Under the pieces are notes generated by a model. The model did no database searches. It saw only the letters and a list, made by a program, of their open reading frames with translations, and had not been told where the DNA came from. This document shows, in pieces, positions 53,666 to 64,000 of a DNA stretch of 64,000 bases. The stretch is from NCBI RefSeq assembly GCF_009914755.1, contig NC_060933.1. One strand, written 5' to 3'. Both the position numbers and the translations under genes were made by a program. Source of the stretch: the human T2T-CHM13v2.0 reference genome, Homo sapiens. The stretch's first letter is position 1. The number at the start of each line of letters is the position of its first letter.

Positions 53666-53837
53666 ATTCCAACTGGTTTTTGCTTTATGTACACTGAAAC
53701 TATTCTTAGGTGCATATACATTTAGGCTGTTTATGTACTATTGTTGAATTAATTCCAACTGGTTTTTGCTTTATGTACACTGAAACTATTCTTAGGTGCA
53801 TATACATTTAGGCTGTTTATGTACTATTGTTGAATTA
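53666..53837. repeat. Perfect 86-bp tandem duplication
   Basis: 53666-53751 is identical to 53752-53837 (ATTCCAACTGGTTTTTGC…TTGTTGAATTA). Confidence 0.95.
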
Positions 53838-53990
53838 ACCTCTTTGTCATTATAAAATCACTTTCTTTATCCCTTGAAATATTCTTTGCTCTGAAATCTG
53901 CCTTGTCTGCTATTAATGTAGCCACCCCAACTTCCTTTTGATTCGTGTTGGTATGGTATAGCTTTTTTTATCCTCCTGCTTTTAACTCAT

Positions 53991-54351
53991 TGTCTTGGTC
54001 CATTCAGGCTGCTATAACAAGGTACCTTAGACTGGGTAATTTATAAACAACAGAATATGTATTGCCCTCAGTTCTGAAGTCTAACATCAAAATGCCAGCA
54101 GATTCAGGGTATAGTGACTCTCTGCTTCATATTATAGTGCACCGTTGCTGTGTTCTCACATTGTAGGGGGTGTGAGCAAGCTCCCTTGGGCTTCTTGTAT
54201 AATATAAAAGCACTAATTCCATTTTTGAAGGCAAAGCCCATAGGATGTAATCACCTCTCAAAACCCCTACCTATTAAGATAATCAATCACCTTGGGGGTT
54301 AGGTGTCAACATATGAATTTAGAAGGTGACACAAACATTCAGAGCATAGCA
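53991..54351. mobile_element. MaLR LTR (MST/MLT1A-like) nested in an old L1
   Basis: TGTCTTGGTCCATTCAGGCTGCTATAACAA…CTGGGTAATTTATAAACAACAG start; …CAAACATTCAGAGCATAGCA end. Confidence 0.75.
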
Positions 54352-54613
54352 CCCATCTATATATATGAAGTGGGTTTATTTTACGGGCACCATACTATTG
54401 GGTCTTGCTTTCGTCTAAATGGTTCTGCCTTTTTATTGGAGTGTTTTGACCATTTACATTTAATGTAATTATTGATATATTTAAATCTGTTGCCTTGTTT
54501 CCTATTTGTACCATCTGTTCTTTTTTTCCTGCCTTCTTTTGGACTGAGTATTTTTTTATGATTCCATTTTCTCTCCTATTGACTTATTAGCTTTATCTCT
54601 TTGTTGCTCTAGG

Positions 54614-54775
54614 GCAGGGATTGGCAAACTTTCTACAAAGGAGCAGATCAAAAGTATTTTAGGCTTTGTAGGCCATATGGTCTCTATTGCAACTGTTCAG
54701 CTCTGCTGTTACAGCAGAACTATTTGTGTGAGATGGCTATTTACAAAAACAGGCAATGGTCCAGATTTGGCCCTC
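54614..54775. mobile_element. MER58-like hAT-Charlie DNA transposon fossil
   Basis: CAGGGATTGGCAAACTTTCT…ATTTTAGGCTTTGTAGGCCATATGGTCTCT…TATTTACAAAAACAGGC…CCAGATTTGGCCC. Confidence 0.7.
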
Positions 54776-55923
54776 ACCCTGAGGCTGTAATGACAGGGAG
54801 TCTGTCATTGTCTTTGTTCCTCTGTACTTTATGTATCTGTTTTCCCTGGCTATTTATAAGATACTTTTTTTTTTAAATCACTGGTTGTCAGTAGTTGGAT
54901 TGTGATGTTCATTGGTGTGGTTTTCTTCTAATTTCTTGGGTCTTGGATTTGTATGTCTGCAGTCCCACCTCCCCCCATTTCTTTCTCTGGGATTCCTAGC
55001 ACACGTGCATTAGGCTGACTCATTTTGTCCCGTATCTCACTGATGCTCTGTTATCTTCTTTCTTCATTTTTTTTCTGTTTCTTCTCTTTGATAGTTTCTA
55101 TGACTATGTCTTCAAGTTTGCTAATTATTTCTTCTTCTGTGTGTAACCTGCTATTAATCTGATCCAGTATTTTTTCACAGCAGATAATTATATTTTTCAC
55201 CTCTTAGAATTTCATTTTGCTTTAAATTCCATCAGTTTTAATTCTCATTGTGCTTTTACTTCTGTTTTCTGAAACATGTAGAATATATTTATAATACCTT
55301 GTTGTTTTCATGTCCTTGTCTAATTCTATCATCTGTGACATCTGAGTCTGTTTTTACTGATTTATTTTCCGCCTGCTTATGAGTTTTCCTACTTCTCTCT
55401 GTATACTTGGTAATTTTTGGTTGGATGCCAGGCATTGTGAATCTCACAGTGAGGTGCTGAATGTTTTTGTGTTCCTTTAAATCCTTTCTGGGGGCTTTAT
55501 TCTGGGAGACAGTGAGGTTACTTGGAATCTGTTCAATCCTCTCAGGGTTTCCTTTTAAGTTTTGTTAGGCTGCGTCCTGCAGAGCCTTTAGTCTTGGCCT
55601 AACGTGGCCCTGCTCTGAGGGGGTTTCCTTCCCCGGGTCCTCTGTGATTCCCAGTGTTGGTGCGTCACTGCACTCTCACTGGTACAACATGAACTGCTTC
55701 TGCGATTGTTTCGTGTTCTCCTTTCTGACGGTTCTTGCCTAGCCTGGTAATTTTCTCATCTGCATGCGGATATTATTCAGTCAGAGACACAAGGGGAACC
55801 CCCACTCGGGAGCTATGTGGAGTTTCTCTCTGCCTCTTGCTCCTCTCTGGCTTCTGCCCTGCAAATCCCACACCTCTTGACCTTCCTGACCTGCCTGTCT
55901 CCTCAACTCAGTGAGGCTGCTGA

Positions 55924-56220
<297 letters not shown>

Positions 56221-57452
56221 TAATTTTCCTTAATAAAACAAATACCCTCCTGCCACCCCACCCCCAGCACAAGCTTTCCTCAGAGTGATACCTTCCTGTA
56301 CTGGGGAACCTGCCCCGGAGGGTCCCCCCCGCCACCACCGCTCCTCCCAGTTAGTGCTCCCTGAACTGCTGCCCTGCTGCCCCCATTACAGTCCCGTGCA
56401 GAACCGGCCCCGGCACAGTGGCTCCCTGTGTGTCTTCTGTGAGTGGGCTAAGTGCTTGCCCAGTGTGCGGTGGCTGCTCTAGGCTGGAGGAATCAAGAGG
56501 GCAGGGATGGAGAGAAGCCTTGGGAGTGGAGGGCTCATCTAAGAGTGTGTGGAGCAAGGAGAAGGGAGGCTGAGGCCAAAGCCCTGTGGACCCCCATGTC
56601 CAGAGGCAGACAGGACAAGGCATCTAGGAGACAGGCAGACCCAGAGAGTGTGGGGTCTCAAAGCCAAAGGAGAGTGGGAAGGTGGGAGTGCCCAGCAGTG
56701 AGAGTGTCTCAGGAACCAGCCAGGTGGGGCCAGGAGGGCTCCCAGGCAGGGAGCAGCAGGACGGAGCCGGCCTCCTGCCCACTGAGCTTCCGCGGGTGGT
56801 ATGTCCCCCAGCTACTGCTCATTGTTCTGCCTGCACACCTGTCCTTCAGATGTCTCCTACTGATGTGCGACCTCCCAGCCCACCCTCCAGGGAACGTCAC
56901 TGCTTCCTGCTCTTTGTTCCAGGGACCTGAGCTTTCCACTAGCGCAGCTGCTCCGTGCAGGGTGTAGTTAGTTACTCGTGCCTCCTGCCTTGTGAACTCC
57001 TTGAGGGAAAGGACTAGAGTTCATTCATCTTGGCACCTCGCGTACAACTTTGTGAAGATGGCGGGGGCAGGGTGGAAAAAGTTCTAGAGCCTTTCAGGGC
57101 CTTCGTCTTTCCACCACCTGCCTAGCTCTAGGGGTTTGAAGATCTAATGCCCATTTCCACCCATCTTGGCTCCTGGAAGAACATCGGGAAAGGGGCAGCC
57201 CGGGGGCCTCTGGGGCTTTAGGAGCAGCGAGTGTGGGATGTGGAGGTGAGGAAGGAGGCCCAGCAGTGTCAGTTGCTGGGAGTCGGCTGGAGGGCCTCTG
57301 CCCCAGGCAAGTATGGGAGGCAAGTCTCTGACCCAAGGAGGGGCTCTCCTAGTGTGTCCCTGCTGTGTGCGGGGGTGATGGGCTTGTTCTCACACCCTCC
57401 CCACCTCTGCTGCCTCCAGGGCCAGTCTGACTGTCTCTGTCTCTGGCTATAG

Positions 57453-57540
57453 GTTGATGTCCGTGGAGGAAGAACTGAAGAAGGACCACGCAGAGATGCA
57501 AGCGGCTGTGGACTCCAAACAGAAGATCATTGATGCCCAG
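57453..57540 (+). CDS. DAB2IP: DAB2IP coding exon (coiled coil)
   Basis: ctatag|GTTGATG … GCCCAG|gtgggg; [29 protein letters not shown]; 88 nt. Confidence 0.96.
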
Positions 57541-58319
57541 GTGGGGGCTCCGGCCCTTTGGTCAGCCACAAGAGTTAAAGGGCCTGGGATTAGGAGGGGT
57601 GACTAGCCTCTCCATCCTCAGTCATACCTCACTGCAGACACTGAGGGGAATAAGAAACCAGAATCTGCCCTGAGAAGTCAGACCTGTGGTCTTAGTGGGC
57701 CACAAGCTCACTAGGACAGGCTGTGAAAGGAGAGAGGCAGCTCCTCCCCTGCCAGGGCTCTTGGCGGGCATTGTCTTTCACCAGGACTGCTGACCAAAGA
57801 GTGGAAGCCACCAGGAGGGCAGTGGGGGTAGGAGTGAAGGCAGGCTGGTCAGAGGGAGCAGTGGGGCTCTCGTTCACAACTATGGCATCCGGGCTGCATT
57901 GAGGGGAGACGTGAAAGGCTCTGTGGCCCCAGCCTCCTTTACTCAGGGCTGCACCGCTTTCCTTTCACTCACCCAGGAGTAGGCTGGGCCTTGCTCAGGC
58001 TGTAAACTGCACAGACCAGGAGCTGTGACCTCTGGTGTGTCATGCACACACATGTGAGCAAGGGTGCCTGCCCTAGGGGCCGCAGGCAGCCCATAGACAG
58101 CACTAGAGCTGCTGCATTTGGGCTGATAAGCAGGCAGCGAGGCTGTGTCCATGATGCTGCAGAGGCCTCTGCCTACCTTCTCTTGCCAGCTGCTCACAGC
58201 CCGGAGCCTGCCTGCCACCCTCATCTCCAGGCCACCCCCTTCCCCGATGCTTGTCGTAGGTATACACAGCCCTAAGGAGCCTGTCCCATGACCCCCGCTC
58301 ACATCCCCATTGTCCACAG

Positions 58320-58487
58320 GAGAAGCGCATTGCCTCGTTGGATGCCGCCAATGCCCGCCTCATGAGTGCCCTGACCCAGCTGAAAGAGAGGTACAGCATG
58401 CAAGCCCGTAACGGCATCTCCCCCACCAACCCCACCAAATTGCAGATTACTGAGAACGGCGAGTTCAGAAACAGCAGCAATTGTTAA
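58320..58487 (+). CDS. DAB2IP: DAB2IP terminal coding segment (…ITENGEFRNSSNC*)
   Basis: ccacag|GAGAAG … TGT TAA; EKRIASLDAANARLMSALTQLKERYSMQARNGISPTNPTKLQITENGEFRNSSNC; spliced total from ATG 33011 = 3198 nt = 1065 aa + stop. Confidence 0.96.
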   Translation, partial: EKRIASLDAANARLMSALTQLKERYSMQARNGISPTNPTKLQITENGEFRNSSNC

Positions 58488-59524
58488 CCTGCCTGAGGAG
58501 GGAGGAAGCTACCCAAGGAGAGGGGGACTATGGTGGCCAAGGGCAGGGTCTCGGCCTGGGGAGGCACCCACGGTTGCAGCCCCAGCGCGGGTGTCAGGAG
58601 GCCGAGCCTCCCCTCCCTGCCGCTGTCCAGGAGGCGGCCGCAGAGGGAGCCACCAGAGACTGAAGCAGCGTGAGGCGAGGTCACCAGCCGCTCCCTGTGG
58701 GGTGCGGGCAGAAGAGACTGCACGCTGGGGAGTGGGGACAGCCTGATGGGGCAGGGGGCCTGCCAAAAATATGTCTGTTGGTTCCTGAATGTGGTGTGTC
58801 CTTGTCCTCCTGGATCTGGCCGAGTGCATGTGTCCCCCCACACCTGTGCCAGGGAGGGGGCTTCCTGGAGGGGGGATTCAAGGGCTAGGGGCCTACACCT
58901 GTGGCTTCCCCTCGCCTCCTTGGGGGGCCCGGGACTCCCTGGCAGCCAGGCCCTGTCATGTGGGACCTGGCACTTGGCAGATCAGTTGGCAGGCAGGAAG
59001 ATAGGAGGACACAGAGCAGGAGGTCAGTGTCCCCTGCCTGTCTCCATCCGAAGCACCTGCCACTGCATGCAGCCTGTTGGGACCTTCCTGGCTGTGAGGA
59101 ACTGAGGATTCCTACCCACCCACCCCCTCTGAACCTGTCCCCAGAGCACCACCTGCTACCTTCTTCCCTGCCTTAGTTGTATTGCCAGATAGACCCAGTG
59201 AGGGCCATGGCTTTTTCTTGTGAGCTCTTGTCCCTGTGGGGAGGACCCACAGCTTCCCACACCTCCCACACAGGCCCAGGCTGATGCTCTAGGGCTCCCA
59301 GAAGCCAGAGATCTGGGCGGATCTGGCCAGATGGCTCTGAGCACTGTATCTGCCTTCTCCTGGGGCCCAGCACACCCAGGGCACAGTGGTCCTGTAGGGA
59401 GTGCCACCTGGTGCTCACCCTGAAAGAAAAGGTGATCCTTCCTCTGAGTGATGGTTTAAAAAAAGATTCTAACGCCTGCAGGCCCTGAGAAGGTGGATAA
59501 CTGTGATTTTTTTTCCTTTCACAG

Positions 59525-59534
59525 TATGCATTAG
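59525..59534 (+). CDS. DAB2IP: DAB2IP alternative last coding segment (…LKESMH*)
   Basis: Donor GAG|gtacag at 58390/58391 joined to strong acceptor tttttttcctttcacag|T ATG CAT TAG; gives the KESMH end I recall for some DAB2IP isoforms. Confidence 0.85.
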
Positions 59535-61493
59535 AAACAAAAGCCCGCTTGCTCGCTTGCTGGAACACAGGGGCCTTTTAAGTTGAGCGTGCGCACTGCA
59601 TGGGAAATAGCGGCCCTGGAGGATGTTAGACTTGCTCCCTCTCCAAGACAGCAGCAGCCTGCACCTGCCCCGTGTGTGTGGCCGGCCTCCTCCTCACCCT
59701 TCCCGGCCCCCGGCCAAGGACCCAGGCGCTGCATACAGGGGAGGGGCGCACCCCACAGCTGGGGCCGGTTTTCCTCAGCTCTAGGCTGTTCTGTAGCTTA
59801 TCTGCCCCTCCCCCACTTTCAAGACAGATGAGCAGGAGCTTGGGTCTCTCTCGGCCCCTGTCTGTTCCCAGCCCCTGCAGATTCTGAGCAAAGGCCCTGG
59901 GTAAGAAGGGTGGGAGTGGGGCCTTTGCCAGCAGAGCCAGGGCAGGGCGAGCTGCAGGAATCACCCCTCTGCCCCTGCAGCTGGAATGTGCCACAGAGGC
60001 CCCACCTGAAGGGTGGATGTGCTGGAGGGGTGGCCCAGAGCCATACTGCGTCCACCCTGAGCTCGGGGACAGGTGACAGTGGCTGCTCTGGGAAGGGGCT
60101 TTTAGATGTAACCTACAATTCAGTTAGGCTAGAGACAGATGCTGGTGGAGGAAGGGCTGGGCCACCAGGGATCACAGACCACAGGAAGATGGGAGGTGGA
60201 AGCAGAGGCCCTGCCCCCACCCCTTCCTGTCTCACTCTTCTGTCTTGTCCCCACCCATGCGCCTTCGTGCCTGAGACCAGGGTGGCCACACAGGCAGGGC
60301 CTGGCTCCAGTCTCATCCTCCCATTGCCCAGTGAGCCCTGCTCTTCTCTCCCCAGCCCCCTCCCACCGCTGCCTCGTAGAGTGACCTCGGACAGAGCCCC
60401 CCTAGCAATACAGGGAGGCTCCCGGGGCCTGGACAGGCGGGCTCGGAGGCTACCCGCTGTGGCCGGTGCCAGCTGCCCTTGCAGGGTGGGTGAGCTCTCA
60501 GGCCGAGAGCCTTATTTACCTAGTGCAAAAACTGTAAAAGTGTACAGACTCTTCACAGATTTTTATCTTAATTGCAAGTCTGCCGATTTTGTAAATGTTC
60601 TTGGTGTTTGACTGTAATGTAACTATCTCACCTAATGGTTGTACATATCCTTTGGTCCTGGTGCTGCCGAGGGCTGGCCGGGACTGCTGCTCTCCCAAGG
60701 GTTTTATTTTATTTCTGAATCTAGAGAACAGTATTGGGCAGGAGGAAAAGGCTTGGTGTCTGCGGGGGGTGTCTTCCCTGCCTGTGGCATTTGTGTGTTG
60801 GCTTTGCAGCTGCTGTCTGAGTAGTGGCCACTGGGGTGCCTTCACTGGGCCAGTCAACGGGGGGCTCCTGCCCAGGCCACAGAGAACCTGAGTTCCCGGG
60901 AGCTGGGCCCTGCCTGCAGCCAGGGCTGGGGTTGCCAGAGGCCCTGGAGGGAAGGACAGTCCCTGCTGGGGAAGAACAGCCCCGGGGCCCCCTGGTCACC
61001 GAGACTCAGCCTCTGCTGGAGAAAGCCACGCCCTCCCTGCTAGCACAGAGGCCTGACTGACTTTTTTGCTTAACTTCCATGTTCTGGGTGATGGAAACTG
61101 CCAAACCTCCTGTCAGTGAGGACTCTTTCCGACTGCCCAGAAAGTGGGGGTGGAGGACCGAGGCTACAGCTCCACACGCCCCGGTCCCCCAGAGCATCTG
61201 CCCCAGGTACACCTCCCCCTGCGCCCCGCACGACTGCGGGAGCCAGACTGTCCAGGGAAACAGCCTCTCTCTTTTCTACACACTCAGCCACAAAGCCCCC
61301 CAGCTCCCACACCGCGTCCCAGCTCCCCTCTTTTGTAAGTATGTGAAAAGGAAAAAATGCAAACGTTGGAGTTTGGGCTGGAGCTCCTCCCTCCAGCTGC
61401 GACTTTTAACTATGTAATAATGTACAGAGGAAGCTGTTGGTGTTCTAAGACTCTGTGTGGCTGTGCAATTTCTGTACATTTGCAATTAGAAAT

Positions 61494-61499
61494 ATTAAA
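61494..61499 (+). terminator. Polyadenylation signal ATTAAA
   Basis: ATTAAA with upstream UGUA motifs (61413, 61421, 61473) and downstream GU-rich gtgtctcc…tgtgtgtt. Confidence 0.8.
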
Positions 61500-63534
61500 G
61501 ATTTATTTAGCTATTTTAAGCCCGACTCGTGTCTCCATTCAGCTGTGTGTTAAGGGATGACCCTGAGTCCGGAGCGGACACTGTCCTTTACCAAGGGGAC
61601 CCCAGCATCTGGTTCACTCTGGTGGCATTCGTGGGCAGGGGATACCCCTAAAGCCAGTGGTGGTGGTCTGGCCAGCTTGGCTCACTGGGAGATCTGGGAT
61701 TGCCCCCTCCTCCTCTGGGTTGAGGGGTCTCTGCACCAGGGAGTAGAGCAGTTGTCCTCTTAAAGGCTCTTCTCTGGCTCTGATACGTTTGGAAGAAAAG
61801 TCTGCTGGTCCCACCACCTCCTGGGAGACAGGGTGGTCCCAGCACCTTCACTGCAGCACACACTGGCTCTTGCCAGGCCCTGCATTAAGCGCTTTCTCAT
61901 CCACTGAAATCTGGCTCTGGGAGGGAAGAGACCAGGGAGAAGAGGTGGGCCCAGGTCCCAGCAAGTCATGGCAGGGCTGGACTAAACATTTCCAAGCTTT
62001 CAACACCTTGAAAGTCAGACTCGGGCTCTCCCAACACAGACCCACCTGCAAGGCTGAACTCAGGCCCTTGTTGGGAAATAACCAGCCCCCAAGCCCCTTC
62101 AGCTGCACCTGTACAGAGAACCTTGCAGCCCTGGGTCCTGCCCTGCATCTTCAGCATCTCAGGATCTGGTCTTTCAGTGCACAGTAACTCCAGACGCTCC
62201 AAGGGACAGGTCCTGGTCCCAGCCCTAGCCCAAACCCCTCAGAAACCAGATACTGCCTGGGCCGAGCTTCTGCTGGGGGCAAGGATACCTCTGGTCAAAA
62301 AGCCAGATGGAGCTCCGGGTCTGTCACCTAGACAGGTGCCTCTGGCTCCAGCTAGGGATTGGGCCCCAGAGAGAAGCCTCGGGCCTGTCCCTGTTCTTGC
62401 CCCTGCAGCCAGCTGGAAGCAAGTACGGCAGAGCCACACACCGGAGCAGGGCTGCACCGTCACCCTCACCGGTGGCCCTTGTGTCCCACCTCCCACCCTC
62501 CAGCACCCTGGCTTCTCAGGCTGTCCATCTCTAGCCTCCTGCCAGGACCCCCTTTGAGCCAGCCACTCCTGGGGCCCACCCTGGGCTGCTATCACCTCTG
62601 ACCTAGGAAAGTGTCATCCGTGCTGCTCACAGCGGGCACAGCTGCCAAGCCTTCCCTGCTCATCCTCCACATCAGCACTGGTCTGCAGACCGGCCCCTTT
62701 CCTCCCCAGCCTGTGTGTTCTCTCTGCCTTCCCCCACCAAGCCTAAACCCTGTGGGCTCCCTCCTCAGCCCATCTTGACAATATTCCTTGACCACTTCGG
62801 CCTAGGGGCCACCCAACAGCCGTGATCTCCAGGCCACCAAGCACTGCAGGAGAAAACTAAAAAACACCCCAGTTCTGACTGCCCTGTGGGTCTGTTCCCA
62901 TCTCCATTCTCAGCTAGGCCTTCCTCTCTCATTCTCCACCCCAGTTAATCCAAACTCGTACCTCTTTTCAGATCTCCCAGCCAGCCAACTGGCCCTTCTC
63001 TGAGCCCTGCCTCCTCCCACACTGGGTGACCCCCCCAACCACCACCCCCTCTCCTCAGGCCGACCACCAGCACAGCTACCCCAGCTCTCAGCAGCGGCAG
63101 GAGAGGAGGCAACCTGTTTCTTCCCAAGGCAGCCCCTAGCCAGTTCCTGCATCCCTGCCTCTTGCTGCCTCCGTGGCCTCTAAACCTCCAGCCTCCCCCG
63201 CCCCCACCCCGCTCTTTCCTACAGCATTTTAAAGTGCTAGGTCTCCACTTGCTTCAGGCTGTCTGCTTTTCTCCCCTTCAGCCAAACTTCTTGAATGTAT
63301 ACTGCCTGCAGCGGCCTGCCATCTCCACAGCCTCAACCCCCATTCTCCCCCCACCCATCAAAACCTGACTTTGACCTCCCGCTCCTCCACCGCCCCATTG
63401 CCTCTGCACTGCTGTCCCGTCCCTGGGTTTCAGGGACCACCATCCCTCTGCTGGGGAGATGCTCATAAGGAACACAGAACTCAAGGAGACAGCAAGGAAT
63501 GGGACAAAGAAATCATTTGATGTTGATAGGCATC

Positions 63535-63790
63535 TATTTTATACTTGTATAAATGTAAGGGGTACAGGTGCAATTTTGTTGCATGGATACATTGCATAGA
63601 GGCAGAAGCTGGACTTTTAGTGTATCCATCACCCAAATAGTGTACATTTGCCCATTAAGTAATTTCTCATTACCCACCCCCCTTCCACCTCTCCACCCTT
63701 CTGAGGCTCCAGTGCCTACCATTTCACACTCCATGTGTACGCATTATTTAGCTTCCACTTAGAGAAAATGCCAAATTTGACTCTCTGAGT
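63535..63790 (-). mobile_element. L1 3' end fragment (L1PB-like)
   Basis: GGGGTACAGGTGCAATTTTGTTGCATGGATACATTGCATAG…CATCACCCAAATAGTGTACATT…TTTAGCTTCCACTTA. Confidence 0.75.
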
Positions 63791-64000
63791 TCTTTCTGAT
63801 AGGAGGCATTTATAATGAAGACATAAAAGGCATGAACTTCTATTTGTGGATAAAATAGCATCAACTAGAAAGCAAACTGCTAGAAATGCAAAGGAAGAAA
63901 TTGACAGAAACAATTGCATTTGAGAGTAACACACCACTAGTATTAGCTTATTACAGATCAAGGAGGCAAAAAAATAAGAACCAAGAGGATTTTAATAATT

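Larger units (their letters stand above)
53540..55600 (-). mobile_element. Old L1 (L1M-type) fragments, antisense
   Basis: AT/T-rich, ORF-free stretch with L1-like phrases (TTTAGACCATTTACATTTAATGTAATTATTGATA-like); interrupted by MaLR and MER58; boundaries approximate. Confidence 0.6.
58488..61520 (+). other. DAB2IP: DAB2IP 3' UTR (59535-61520 shared by both C-terminal isoforms)
   Basis: Follows the stop codons; AU-rich blocks at ~60510-60660 and ~61330-61520; ends after ATTAAA. Confidence 0.85.

Noticed and set aside
58485-58493. Stop-codon readthrough of DAB2IP
   Set aside because: Stops are TAA-CCT and TAG-AAA, not the TGA-CTAG readthrough context.
59910-60611. 233-aa ORF in the 3' UTR
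   Set aside because: Non-ATG start in GC-rich UTR, no domain features.

Overview
Human genomic DNA: the 3' two-thirds of DAB2IP (AIP1, SynGAP/RASAL2-family Ras GAP) on the + strand. I resolved 13 coding exons with canonical AG/GT boundaries between 33001 and 58487. From the ATG at 33011 they splice into a 1065-aa ORF: partial PH, C2, RasGAP, Ser/Pro-rich region and coiled coil. Counting residues puts the arginine finger at R289 and the RSSS serine at S604, matching published AIP1 numbering. An alternative C-terminus (…LKESMH*) uses an internal donor at 58390 and an acceptor at 59525, and the 3' UTR ends near an ATTAAA at 61494. The first 33 kb are a large intron with a CpG island, several candidate alternative first exons and many repeats (AluYb8, AluS, AluY, MER21, MIR, L2). 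I see no evidence of a wholly new gene system. The most interesting signals are candidate first exons whose ATGs either extend DAB2IP in frame or form uORFs ending at a TGATG stop/start overlap on the main ATG, C-terminal switching, a young AluYb8, a perfect 86-bp duplication and a dimeric VNTR. Repeat subfamily calls and exon numbers are from memory, not from a database search.
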